From Strigamia acuminata (Eukaryota): 64,000 bases of DNA. A model generated the notes under the pieces. It searched no databases and had not been told where the DNA came from. It saw only the letters and a list, made by a program, of their open reading frames with translations. The position numbers were made by a program, and so were the translations under genes. Shown piece after piece: positions 13,776 through 25,310 of this stretch. Positions within the stretch are counted from its first letter, which is position 1. Each line of letters starts with the position of its first letter. The stretch spans positions 8,370,001-8,434,000 of the forward strand of contig OX442314.1 of NCBI GenBank assembly GCA_949358305.1, written 5' to 3'.

Positions 13776-14484
13776 TTAGTCGTCACTATAGGAAACACAA
13801 GAAAATATGAGTTAAAAGCAATGCAGATGTGAACAAGATATGTTGTTAAGCCTAGTTCACATATATGCATTAATGCATGCGTTAGCGCACCACAGCTGTT
13901 AGAATTTACACAATTGGTTCTCCGGTTTACCTGTGATAATTGTACCGTACTTACTTCATCATATAACTGTCTGTATAGTAAGGTACCAAATACTTGGATC
14001 TTTTACGTTGTTATATCTCACCTTTTAAGTTTTACTAGGTGTTCTCTCTACCCGGTTACTATATAAATTTTCCACTTCTTCTCATCTTGTTTGCAACCGT
14101 GCGTTGGCCGAAGCGCCTTGTGACTTCGTGCGATATAACGCACGACGGATGAAGTTGAAATATTTCAACTTTACGCTTGCGCGTTTAAGCTGATGCAACA
14201 ACGCATACCATGTGAACTAGCCTTTAGTTGCATAAGTTCTTACTTGGAGATGAAACAGATACAATCGTCCTGGTCATCACACGCTCCGGCAAAATGTCCA
14301 GTTGATATTAAGCAAGCTGATTTACAACCAAAGTCGCCACCTAGCTTACAAGATAAACTTGTTGCTGTAAAAAAGATACAGATCAATACTTACGAGTGTA
14401 AAAACTACAATTTTTAAACCAAAAACAAAACTTACCAACAACATGGATTAAACAGAATAAGCTTAAAATTATTAGAAATTTCAT
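13776..14484 (-). CDS. Defensin-like secreted peptide C (exons 14484-14436, 14364-14244, 13785-13776; 59 aa)
   Basis: MKFLIILSLFCLIHVVATSLSCKLGGDFGCKSACLISTGHFAGACDDQDDCICFISNDD*. GTAAG donors and TACAG/TATAG acceptors. TATATAAAAAG lies upstream on the minus strand (~14547-14557). Confidence 0.92.
13849..14223. mobile_element. Harbinger-type MITE in intron 2 of the tandem defensin units
   Basis: TTA|AGCCTAGTTCACAT ... ATGTGAACTAGCCT|TTA. Present at the same position in the later units. Confidence 0.65.
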
Positions 14485-15086
14485 TTTTTTATGGTTGCTC
14501 TTGCGGTAGAAAGAGAGAAACTAACGAAGAGCAGATGAAGAACCTTCTTTTTATATATGTTGCTGATGTGGGTGGCAGCGATACTGTATGTATTCATATG
14601 TTTGCCAATCATCACATGACGCGTGCTTGGTGACAGGCAAAATGGCGGATGGTTTTTACGTGACCGTGCAGTGTATTGTAGATCAGCGATTGCTTAGCAA
14701 CACGTTCAAAATTTAAATTTAAATTTAATTAAATTTAATTAAAATTTTCTAATAAAAATATACATTTTTTTTTTTTTTTTTTTGTATGCCGCTTGTATAA
14801 TGCCCACCCCCACTTCACAGTGGTGTTTTGGGGTTATGGGGTTTTTTGGGTTATACATGAGTACATAGCTATCTTATTTCATTATTTTGTTCGTTGTTTA
14901 TTAACAAACACAGAAAAATATATATTCTGGTTAAACAGGCTCTTCCAAACTATAAACATCTGCTGAACGTTTTATTCCAAACTATAATCGTCTGCTGAAT
15001 GTTTTATTATGTACCGGCTTTGTTGCTGTCTCCAACACACCTGCTGTACCGTAGCTTTTATTTCGGTACTTTTTTTAAACTTTCTA

Positions 15087-15490
15087 ATGACAAACAATTA
15101 TTTCGACTACTTTCAAGGACTGAATGACAATGCTAAGCATCGATATATCGAAAAACTTAAACTTATCAGTGCTGTAGATGCCTCCGTAATTCTGCCTGAA
15201 CTTCTGGTACACAAATTCACCAAAAACACTGCTGTTTTGACTGGTTCCCCACAGCCCAAATTGACTGATACCCATTCCACATTAACCGATAATTCACCAT
15301 CAGTACCGACAAATACTCCACTACCAGTCACCCAATGGCAAATTGTGGTGTACTTGCCAGAAAGACATATGTAGGTGGTATATTGATTGGCTGTGATAAC
15401 AGCTCATGTAAAGTTGAATGGTTTCATAAAAAATGTGTAAATGTTAAGACAGTTCCCAAGGGCAAATGATATTGTCCAGCATGTAAAAGC
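15087..15490 (+). pseudogene. Internally deleted transposon accessory-gene relic ending in an ING-type PHD finger (ISL2EU/Kolobok-like)
   Basis: N-terminus MTNNYFDYFQGLNDNAKHRYIEKLKLISAVDA, then IGCDNSSCKVEWFHKKCVNVKTVPKGK*YCPACK with a stop and a frameshift. Repeated at ~18160-18580, 23736 and 42204 as part of the duplicated unit. Confidence 0.6.
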
Positions 15491-16693
15491 AGTATGCTAC
15501 CATACATTGGTCACTTTCAGAAACGCCAGTTTTCACACTTTACAACTAATAACACTGCAAAAATTGGCTACAACCTCTGACCGAAGTTGACTGTCTCTTT
15601 CGTACTCTCTACACACTCTTATGTCCAACATGTGTGCGAAAATCTCGAGCCACGACGACATCATCGCCTCACTTCGCCTGCCACAACGTGCGCCTCTGTC
15701 CTCCGTCCCGCCTCTACTACAATAGCCCAACACTGAAATAAAGACCCAAAATAAAGACAAAAAGTTTTTCTTTAATTTTATTTCTAAGATATGCTCGGTA
15801 GAAAATAATCAACAGAGCTCTGCAGCAATTTGTTAACCTTTTCTGTACAATTCTGGAAAAAAACAATTTTTTTGCAGTTTTTTTGGCATGCAGGTTTTTC
15901 TGCAGAATTTTGCAGTGGAGTAGATAACAATAATAGGACTCAAATGTTGTATATATTCGTGCAATAATACAATGCAAAAGTTGTATGACTAAATTATTGT
16001 TGTAAAATTAAAGTTTTTATTGTCTGTGTTCGGTTGCAGCTGATATGGAGTAGTGAACGTTTTTCCCAACATGGGATGTTCCCAACATTTGACCAACATC
16101 AAAGAATCTTGATGATGAATAAAGTTCTTTCCAGTTATTTGCATATGAACTTGGTTTATTCGTGGTGAAAACAAGAATGTACACCAAAGAAATCAAAACA
16201 ATGATATAACACTATCCCATCATACCCCAATTACCCTCAACCAAAGACTTATTTTAAATTAACCCATACCCTTACAAAGACAACATCTCATGTATCATCT
16301 TGATTCAAAAAAACAAGCATTGTTAACTTAGTTTCAGGATGCAATTGATGTCAAGTGCTGAACAGAGCCAAATAGAAGTGATTTTTGTGGAAATAATTGA
16401 CGATGTCTCAATGTTGTACTATAGTCCAATTCCGGTGGAAAAATAATGCCTTGTTCACACTTAAACCACTTTTGTAGAAGTTATGGCTAATTTCGGTAAA
16501 TATACTTCAGACCTGTCATACTTTTTGTACAAATTAGTTACGTTTTTAACAAGAAGTGACGTCAAAAGTGACTTTTTCAACTTCAAGTTGTACAAAACCA
16601 TAACAAATGTGAATAACAGAGTTTCTAAAAGCTGTCTGGAAGAAAAGTGGTTAAAGTGGGAACAAGGCATAAGAGACACATTATATTCCATAG

Positions 16694-17408
16694 TTAGTCG
16701 TCACTATAGGAAACATAAGAAAAAAATGAGTTAAAAGCAATGCAGATGTGAACAAAATATGTTGTTAAGCCTAGTTTACATACATGCATTGACGCATGCG
16801 TTAGCGCACCAAAGCTGTTAGAATTTACACAATTGGTTCTCCGGTTTCGCTGTGATAATTGTACTTACTTTATCATATAACTGTCTGTATAGTAAGGTAT
16901 CAAATAGGCTGCCTTACTTGGATATTTTACGTGGCTGTCATTTTGTTATATCTCACCTTTTAAGTTTTACCAGGTTTTCTCTCTACCCGGTTACTATGTA
17001 AAATTTACACTTCTTCTCAGGTTGTTTACCACCGCGCGTTGGCCGAAGCATCTTGTGACTTCTTGCAATATAACGCACCACGCATGAAGTTGAAATATTT
17101 CAACTTTATGCTTGCGCGTTGAAGGTGATGCAACAACGCATGCATGTGAACTAACATTTAGTTACATAAGTTCTTACTTGAAACAGATACAATCGTTCTG
17201 GTTATTACACATTCCCTGAAAATGTCCAGTTTCTACAAAGCAACTTGCTCTACAAGCTAAGTCGCCAGCTAGCTCACAAGACAAACTTGTTGCTGTAAAA
17301 AAGATACAGATCAATAGTTACGTAAAAATTACAAATTTTAAACCAAAAACAAAACTTACCAACAGCATGGATTAAACAGAATAAGCTTAAAATGATTAGA
17401 AATTTCAT
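16694..17408 (-). CDS. Defensin-like secreted peptide D (exons 17408-17360, 17292-17178, 16703-16694; 57 aa)
   Basis: MKFLIILSLFCLIHAVATSLSCELAGDLACRASCFVETGHFQGMCNNQNDCICFNDD*. Canonical splice sites, TATA upstream. Confidence 0.92.
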
Positions 17409-18433
17409 TTTTTTATGGATGCTCTTGCGGTAGAAAGAGAGAAACTAACGACGAGCAGATGAAGAACCTTCTTTTTATATATGTTGCTGATGTGGGTGGC
17501 ACGGTGGCAGCGATACTGTATGTATTTATATGTTTACCAATCATCACATGACGCGTGCTTGGTGTACAGGCAAAATGGCGGATGGTTATCACGTGACCGT
17601 GCAGTGTATTGTAGATCAGCGATTGCTTAGCAACACGTTCAAAATTTAAATTTAAATTTAATTTAAATTAATTTAATTTAATTTAAATTTTCTAATAAAA
17701 ATATACATTCATGTAAAAAATCTGCACAAATAACATGTAATAATTATTTTTTTAAATTTTCTAATAAAAATTTAATTAACGTACATACTCGTGTATAGCG
17801 CGCACCCCCAACTTTTCCACTGAAAATTTGACCCAAAATGGTGAATGCATGTATAATGCGCACCCATAAATCATGTTCCATAAAAATACAAATTTTGGCT
17901 ATTCCGGGGCTACGGTATACATGAGTACATAGCTGTCTTATTTCATTATTTTGTTCGTTGTTTATTTAAGTAACAAACACATAAAAATATATATTCTGGT
18001 TAAACAGGCTCTTCCAAACTGTAAACATCTGCTGAACGTTTTATTCCAAACTATAATCGTCTGCTGAATGTTTTATTATCTACCGGCTTTGTTGCTGTCT
18101 CCAACACACCTGCTGTACCGTAGCTTTTATTTCGGTACCTTTTTTAAACTTTCTAATAACAAACAATTATTATTCTGATTACTTTCAAGGAATGACAATG
18201 CTAAGCATCGATACATCGAAAAACTTAAACGTATCAGTGCTGTAGATGCCTATGCACTAAACTGCATCAAACCAAAGGTTCAGACATTTTTTACCTATGT
18301 AATTCTGGTACACAAATTCACCAAAAACACTGCCTGTTTTGACTGGTTCCCCACAGCCCAAATTGACTGATACCCATTCCACAATAATTCACCATCAGTA
18401 CAAATACTCCATAACCAGTCACCCAATGGCAAA

Positions 18434-18577
18434 TTGAGGTGTACTTGCCCGAAAGACATCGGTGGTATATTGATTGGCTGTGATATCAGCTCATGTAAAG
18501 TTGAATGGTTTCATAAAAAATGTGTAAATGTTAATAGAGAGTTCCCAAGGGCAAATGGTATTGTCCAGCATGTAAAA
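18434..18577 (+). pseudogene. PHD finger relic (second copy)
   Basis: CTCPKDIGGILIGCDISSCKVEWFHKKCVNV, then a frameshift to PKGKWYCPACK. Confidence 0.6.
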
Positions 18578-19076
18578 GTAGTATGCAACCATACCTTTGT
18601 CGCCGTCATAAACGCCAGTTTTCACACTTTTTTGCAGTTTTTTTTGGCATGCAGGTTTTTCTGCAGAATTTTGCAGTGGAGTGGACAACAGTAATAGGAC
18701 TCAAATGTTAGGTATATTCGTGCAATAATACAACGCAAAAGTTGTATGACTAAATTATTGTTGTAAAATTAAAGTTTTTATTATCTGTGTTCGGTTGCAG
18801 CTGATATGGAGTAGTGAACGTTTTTCCCAACATGGGATTTTCCCAACATTTGACCAACATCAAAGAATCTTGATAATGAATAAAGTTCTTTCCAGTTATT
18901 TCAATATGAACTTGGTTTATTCATGGTGAAAACAAGAATGTACACCAAAGTGATCAAAACAATGATATACAGTAACACTATCCCATCATACCCCAATTAC
19001 CCTCAACCAACGACATATTTTAAATTAACCCATACCCTTACAAAGACAACATCTCGTGTATCGTTGTAGTCCATAG

Positions 19077-19755
19077 TTAGCCGTTACTATAAGGAACACA
19101 AGAAAAAATGAATTAAAAGCAACGCAGATGTGAACAAGGTGTGTTGGTCACTGAGTGGGTTTTATTTATTTCTGACAGAGCCTAATAAAAGAATATTTTT
19201 CATGTTAAAAAAAAATAAAATTTGGGCCTTTACCACTGTTTAATAACAATTGAAAAACTTGATGGTTGTTGGCTGGATGACCTACGTCATTAGTTCGGTG
19301 GTGGTCTTGTTGCGCATGCGCAACAGACTAAGCATGCGAAGACGTCAGTTTTCAGTCTCGTAATACAATTACAATTTCAATCGAGATTTACTTGTATGAT
19401 AGTTAAAAAGTGCTTATTGTGTAAAAGTAAGAGCAATAAAAACAAAAACCGTTCTTTTTATGGATTTCCAACCAATCCTATCATCAGAAAACAATGGATT
19501 GATTGGATTGTTAACATATTTGGCCAGGAGAATGTGCAGGTGAATCAAGGTCAGCCATTATGGATCCAACCTAAGCTCAGAACTAGTTTCAGGTCCTGGA
19601 CCGGGACCGCGTTCCCTGTACGCGGTACACGGTGGACCGCGGACCGGGAACGCGGTCCCGGTCCAGGGACCGCGGTTCTTTTTAGCTGCCGGAACAGGAC
19701 CGCCGACCGCGCACAACACTGGGATTAAACAGAATAAAATGATAAGAAATTTCAT
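19077..19755 (-). pseudogene. Defensin-like pseudogene E (exon 1 truncated, exon 2 deleted, exon 3 remnant)
   Basis: ATG 19755 MKFLIILFCLI is cut at 19721 by a hAT MITE end. The Cys-rich exon is absent. Exon-3/UTR homology at ~18870-19090. Confidence 0.75.
19396..19545 (+). pseudogene. THAP-domain N-terminal fragment of a Kolobok-type transposase
   Basis: MIVKKCLLCKSKSNKNKNRSFYGFPTNPIIRKQWIDWI has the C2, FP and W THAP pattern. It lies inside sequence homologous to the TTAA-flanked element at 43177-43633. Confidence 0.7.
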
Positions 19756-19953
19756 TTTTAATGGATGGTCTGGCGGTAGAAAGAGAGAAACTAACGAACA
19801 GCAGATGAAGGACCTTGTCTTTACTAGTATCTGTTGCTGATGTGGCAGCGATACTGTATGTATTCATATGACGCGTGCTTGGTGTACAGGCAAAATGGCG
19901 GATGGTTATCACGTGACTGTGCAGTGTATTGTGGATCAGCGATTGCTTGGCAA

Positions 19954-20440
19954 CAGTGTTGTGCGCGGTCCGCGGTCCTGGTACCGCGGTCCTGTTCCGG
20001 CAGCTAAAAAGAACCGCGGTCCCGGTCCGCGGTCCACCGTGTACCGCGTACAGGGAACGCGGTCCCGGTCCAGGACCGGGACGCAGGACCGCATTTTTGC
20101 GGTACATCTCGCAGTCCACGAGAAAACACGAGATCTCGTGTTTTCTCGTGGATCGCGAGATATACCGCAAAATACTAGAATCTCGTCGTTTTCAAAATGC
20201 GGCAGGTACTAGAATCTTTCTAGTATTTTGCGGTATTTTGCGGAAAACACGAGATCTCGTGTTTTCCCGTGGACCGCGAGATGTACAGCAAAAGCGGTCC
20301 GCGGTCCACGGAATTTTTAAAGGAACGCGGTCCTGGTCTGCGGTCCAGGACCGGCCTTTTAAAAGTACCGCGGTCCCGGTCCGTACCTGCCGCAAAAGGA
20401 ACGCGGTCCCGGTCCCGGTCCGGGACCGCGCACAACACTG
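19954..20440. mobile_element. hAT-type MITE
   Basis: 8-bp TSD CTTGGCAA (19946-19953, 20441-20448). TIR CAGTGTTGTGCGCGGTCC. GGACCGCGG subterminal repeats. An inverted partial copy lies at ~19592-19721. Confidence 0.88.
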
Positions 20441-21440
20441 CTTGGCAACACGTTCGAATATATATTAATGCAAAAAATCTTCAGAAATAACATGTTATAA
20501 TTTTTTTTATATTATATACATTCATGTAAAAAATCTTCACAAATAACATAAATTAAAATAAATAAAATGACATAAATCTTATAAACTCTCAATTTATCAA
20601 ATAAAAAAAAAATTTAATTTCAACTAATAAAACCAACACCTGATAACATAACAACCCCACATTCATCAAACTGCTACAACCCATTAAAAATAATATTTAT
20701 AAAAAAAAAATTACAATTAAACAGTGCTGGGCACGGTACTGGTACTTCTGGTGACCTGCGGTACACGGGAAAACGCAAGAAAACACGAGATTTTCGTGTT
20801 ACAAACATCAATAATTTATAAAATGCCTAAAATACTATTCAAAGTTTATTAATAATAAACTTTTAATTGGTTTTTATTAATTTTAAAGTTTATTTCTTTT
20901 TTGTAGCCAAAATTAAAACTCTAAAAGTAATAAAAACCAATTAAAAGTTTATTAATAAACTTTTAATACTGTAGTATTTTAGGCATTTTATAAATTATTG
21001 ATGTCTATTAACATCAAATTTTTACAATTAAAGTGGAAAACGGGAAAAAACACAACAATTTTGTGTTTTCTCGCGTTTTCCCGTGTACCGCGAGATGTAC
21101 CGCAAAATCTCGGTACCGGAATTGTACCGGGACCGCGGTACTTTGAGCAGAAGCGCCTTGTACCGCGTACCGGTACAGCGGTACAGTGCTAGGTACCGCG
21201 TACCGGGACCACAGTATGTAAATGTGGGATGTCAATTGTCCGCCATTTGCCCGCAAAAAGTTTTAACAATACAACGACAGATTGCTCCTTCTTCGCATTT
21301 GTACGGGACAACTTAGATCACAAAAAAATGGCGGATGTGAAGTCCTGTAGGTAATCGTCGTCCTAGGCGCACCAAAGCTGTTAGAATTTACACAATTGGT
21401 TCTCCAGTTTCCCTGTGATAATTGTACTTACTTTATTATA

Positions 21441-22655
21441 CAGGGTGGAACAAAAGTCTGTTCCCCTCAAATATTTCCTCAGCAATTGCATCTAGGCCAA
21501 CTTTGATGAAGCGATCGTATAGGAAGTTGGGTGAGAGCAATCCAATGATCTCATCAAATTTGACCTTGACGACCATTTTCAAGGATATTCACTTGCTAAC
21601 TTCTAAACCAATCAGGTTAGAGCAAAAAAGTCAATTACAAAGTTGTAGAGCACCATCAAATTAGTACTATCCAACTTATCTTAGTGATCTTAAGTTAAAT
21701 GTTTTCCTTTTAAAAAGGAGACAAATCAGCTGAAATAAAGCTAGCCATTGTGACAAAACTTAAATTTCTATCACAAAAATACTAAATTACTTAAATAAAC
21801 GTATTCAAATGTGCATCATTATGCAAGTAAACAAGAAAAACCACTGCCTTTTTTAATGCCTCAATAATTATTTTATCACAAGATTAACCCTTGGCTACAC
21901 GGATTTATGGACAAGCTTTTTCTTGAATAGAAAAATTTTTTTTCCTATAAATTTTTTCTGCTGAAAATTTGTGACTTTGTTTATCTGATAATAAAGTAAA
22001 TCTCAGGTGAAATTTGTAATGATTCATCATTTATTTAAATATTCAACTTAGAAATTTTCTGCCCCTTAAAACTCCAGCATAACTTTTAAGCTGGCTTTGC
22101 TGTATTTGTAAACAGCGCTTCAGTGAACAGCTTTTTGCATTTACCAGTAGTGATTAAAACCACCTCCAGATGGCTCAAATCTATTTATTTTTATTGTTTA
22201 GGCATTACGTCCTCAATAAAATTAGTTCCGAACTAATAACAAACTAAATAACGCTTTAACCAATCGACTTAAAAATTGTCCATAAATCCGTAATGGCTTA
22301 ACCAGAACGGCACATTTTATCCTTATGCCTCCGAGGGTTAAAAAATTTCACTTTGCTAATTTTTTTGTGATTTGTCTCCTTTTTAAAAAGAAAACATTTA
22401 ACTTAAGATCACTAAGATAAGTTGGATAGTACTAATTTGATGGTGCTCTACAACTTTGTAATTGACCTTTTTGCTCTAACCTGATTGGTTTAGAAGTTAG
22501 CAAGTGAATAACCTTGAAAATGGTCGTCAAGGTCAAATTTGATGAGATCATTGGATTGCTCTCACCCAACTTCCTATACGATTGCTTCATCAAAGTTGGC
22601 CTAGATGCAATTGCTGAGGAAATATTTGAGGGGAATAGACTTTTGTTCCACCCTG
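21441..22655. mobile_element. Tc1/mariner-type MITE with ~290-bp TIRs
   Basis: TA|CAGGGTGGAACAAAAGTC ... GACTTTTGTTCCACCCTG|TA. The ORF-track entries at 21422 and 22432 are the mirrored arms. Confidence 0.85.
21888..22337. mobile_element. piggyBac-type MITE nested in the Tc1-like element
   Basis: TTAA|CCCT ... AGGG|TTAA with subterminal inverted ACGGATTTATGGACAA. Related to 58897-59544. Confidence 0.7.
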
Positions 22656-22793
22656 TATAACTGTCTGTATAGTAAGGTACCAAATAGGCTGCCTTACTTG
22701 GATGTTTTACGTTGAAATATTTCAACTTTATGCTTGCGCGTTGAAGCTGATGCAACAACGCATGCATGTGAACTAGCCTACATAAGTTCTTAC

Positions 22794-23012
22794 TTGGATG
22801 ATGAACAGATACAATCCTTCTGGTCATCACACGCTACCTGAAAATGTCCATCGGATGTATAGCAATAACTTGCTGCACAAGCTAAGTCACCACCTAAGTG
22901 ACAAGACTAACTTGTTACTGTAAAAATATACAGATCAATACTTATGAGTGTAGTAAAAACATAACTTGCCAGCAACATGTATTAAACAGAATAAAATAAT
23001 TAAAAATTTCAT
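22794..23012 (-). pseudogene. Defensin-like pseudogene F
   Basis: MKFLIILFCLIHVA / VTS*SCHLGGDLACAASYCYTSDGHFQVACDDQKDCICSSS. In-frame TAG at 22907-22909, GC donor, altered Cys spacing, no exon 3 found. Confidence 0.82.
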
Positions 23013-24240
23013 TTTTGATGGATGGTCTTGCAGCAGATCTGCTGCAAGACCATTCATCAAAAATGAAATTTCTACAATGAAATTTCTACAATGCTTGCTT
23101 TTATACAGTATGTTGCTGGTGTGGCAGCGATACTGTATGTATTCATATGTTTACCAAGCGTCATATGACTTGTGCTTGGTGTACAGGCAAAATGACGGAT
23201 GGTTATCACGTGACTGTACAGTGCATTGTAGATCAGCGATTGCTTGGCAACACGTTCAAATATACTGTATATTAATGCAACAAATCTTAAAAAATAGCAT
23301 GTTAAATTTTATTTTTTTGTTAATTTTCTAATAAAAATATACATTCATGTAAAAATCTTCATAAATAACATGTAATAATTATATTACAGCTAGGCAATAA
23401 ATGTTGTTAACTATAGGCTTGTCCAATTTAATTAATAAAAACTAGTACTTTAAAGAAAAAATACCTGCGGGAGGGCTTGACCTTTACCCCCGGTCTAGCC
23501 CGAGACCTGATCCCCAGTCCAATTTTACTAGCCAAGCTTTTTGCACGCGTTTTCGCGTTCATTAAGTTTTTTGGCTATTTTTATCGTTTTTTCCGTCTTC
23601 TACGCTTTTCAACCTACCACATAAATAAATAGGCTCTTCCAAACTGTCACACGTTTTATTTTATTTTATTTTATAGCTTTTGTTGTCGTCTCCAACACAC
23701 CTGCTGCTTTTTCCCTATTATTTTTAAACCCTCTAATGGCAAACAATTATTCCGATTTCTTTCAAGGACTAAATGACAATGCTATGCACCGATATGTCGA
23801 AAAAATTAAACTTATCACTACCGAAAATGCTTCTAACCAAAGGTTCGGACATTTTTTACCTCTGAAATTCTGCCTGAACTTCTGGTACACAAATCCACCA
23901 AATACACTGCCTGTTTTGAATGGTTACCCACAGCCCAAATGGGCTGATACCCAATCCACATTAACCAATGCCTCACCATCAGTTCTGACAAATACACTTT
24001 TACAAAGAAATGAAATGCGGAGTTTCTGCTCTTTATTTTCCTAAATGATTATAAATGAATAAAGTTCTCTCCAGTTATTTGCATTTAAACTTGGTTTATT
24101 CATGGTGAAAACAAGAAAACACAGCAAAGTGATCAAAACAATGATATAACACTATCCCATAATACCCCAATTACCCTCAACAAAAGACATATTTTAAAAT
24201 AACCCATACCCTTACAAAGACAACATCTCATGTATCATCT

Positions 24241-25199
24241 TGTGGTGATCTCAAAATATTCACCAACTTAGAAGATTAAATTAATTATCTTCTAATTAAT
24301 TTGACTGTGGCACACGCCAAGTCAGATCATGTGACCGAGGGGAGAAATCCTCTCTAGGCACATATCACCCCAGGTTGTCCGGGGTGAAAACGGTTATTAG
24401 CCGTTATGGTGCAATATGGTGTAATAACCACTAGTTGCACCCATTTGAGCTAAGTGCGCAGGTTTTCTGCGCAATATTGAAGCGTGCTGGGCTCGCGTCT
24501 TGGCTCAAATCGGCACTCTGAAAAATACAACAACAACCTCAACATCACTGCGATATCTGCTCCGACAATACGTATTGATAGAGGACCGTTGTAACTCAGT
24601 TTCACCTGCTATCTTTGTGCCACCCAAAGCACAAAGCCAGCAATTCTGCTTGAATTAGCCGTAGCTAATTCCAGCAAACGAGAAGAAGAAGTTTCCCGAC
24701 GATCGTGAACCATCGCCGTCGCTGCCGCGCGAACGACAGCCACCGCCATCGTACGAGAGCCGGACGCCTACAGCCGTCAACCACCGCCGCCGAGCCGTCG
24801 CACGAGCCGTAGAAGGAGCCCACGAGAACCATCGTCTTCGACCATCGTTCGTGAGTTCAGCAAACGAAGACAATTCGCCTTCGCCTAACAACTGTGTGTT
24901 GTTTAAGCGCCATTTTAGCGCTTTGTAGCTTGCAACAGTCGTTGCAAGCCCTTCCATTGTTCCCGCTCATTTCATTTCGCGACTTGTCGCCATTGTGATA
25001 TTTTTAACTAGTCATTGTAATTTAAACGAATAAATACATATTTGTGATTTTTATTAATAAAACTGTCTTTTTATTTCTTTTCCTTAAACTTAACCCCTAG
25101 ATAATTTAAGGCCGCCGATTGTAAGTCTTTTATAGCATTCACCTGCGGTTTCTGCTTAATTTATTAGAAATTAAGTGGATAAAAACCCGGATCGCAGCA
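24241..25199 (+). repeat. 5' LTR (959 bp)
   Basis: TGTGGTGATC...GATCGCAGCA. No difference from the 3' LTR seen by eye. AATAAA at ~25029. Confidence 0.97.
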
Positions 25200-25201
25200 C
25201 G

Positions 25202-25219
25202 TGGGGGCCCGTCCGGGAT
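25202..25219 (+). promoter_or_regulatory. Primer-binding site, tRNA-Pro type
   Basis: TGGGGGCCCGTCCGGGAT versus the canonical tRNA-Pro PBS TGGGGGCTCGTCCGGGAT (17/18), 2 nt after the LTR. Confidence 0.9.
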
Positions 25220-25310
25220 AGTCATTGTATAACTTTGTTAGTTAAAATTTACCCGCCATTTTTATCTTGCTTATCTTTCTTCTCTATCCTTTCTTTATCC
25301 TCATTGAAAA

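Noticed and set aside
14193..14417. Plus-strand ORFs over defensin exon 2 (also 41291, 43859, 48021, 11021)
   Set aside because: Antisense shadows. The splice signals, signal peptide and Cys pattern are on the minus strand.
15009..15490. PHD finger as a host ING-family gene
   Set aside because: Stops and frameshifts, a transposon-like N-terminus and amplification with the repeat unit indicate a TE relic.
16073..16083. NF-kB-like sites GGGATGTTCCC and GGGATTTTCCC (18834-18844)
   Set aside because: They lie 1.4-1.6 kb from the ATGs inside a TTCCCAACAT repeat that looks like a TE terminus, and occur in only two units. Cannot be supported.
19682..20490. Several 70-180 aa ORFs rich in GPR/RTA
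   Set aside because: By-products of GC-rich hAT MITE subterminal repeats.
24655..24957. 100-aa antisense ORF in both LTRs (also 36033-36335)
   Set aside because: It is duplicated only because the LTR is. It lies in a GC-rich stretch and has no recognisable motif.
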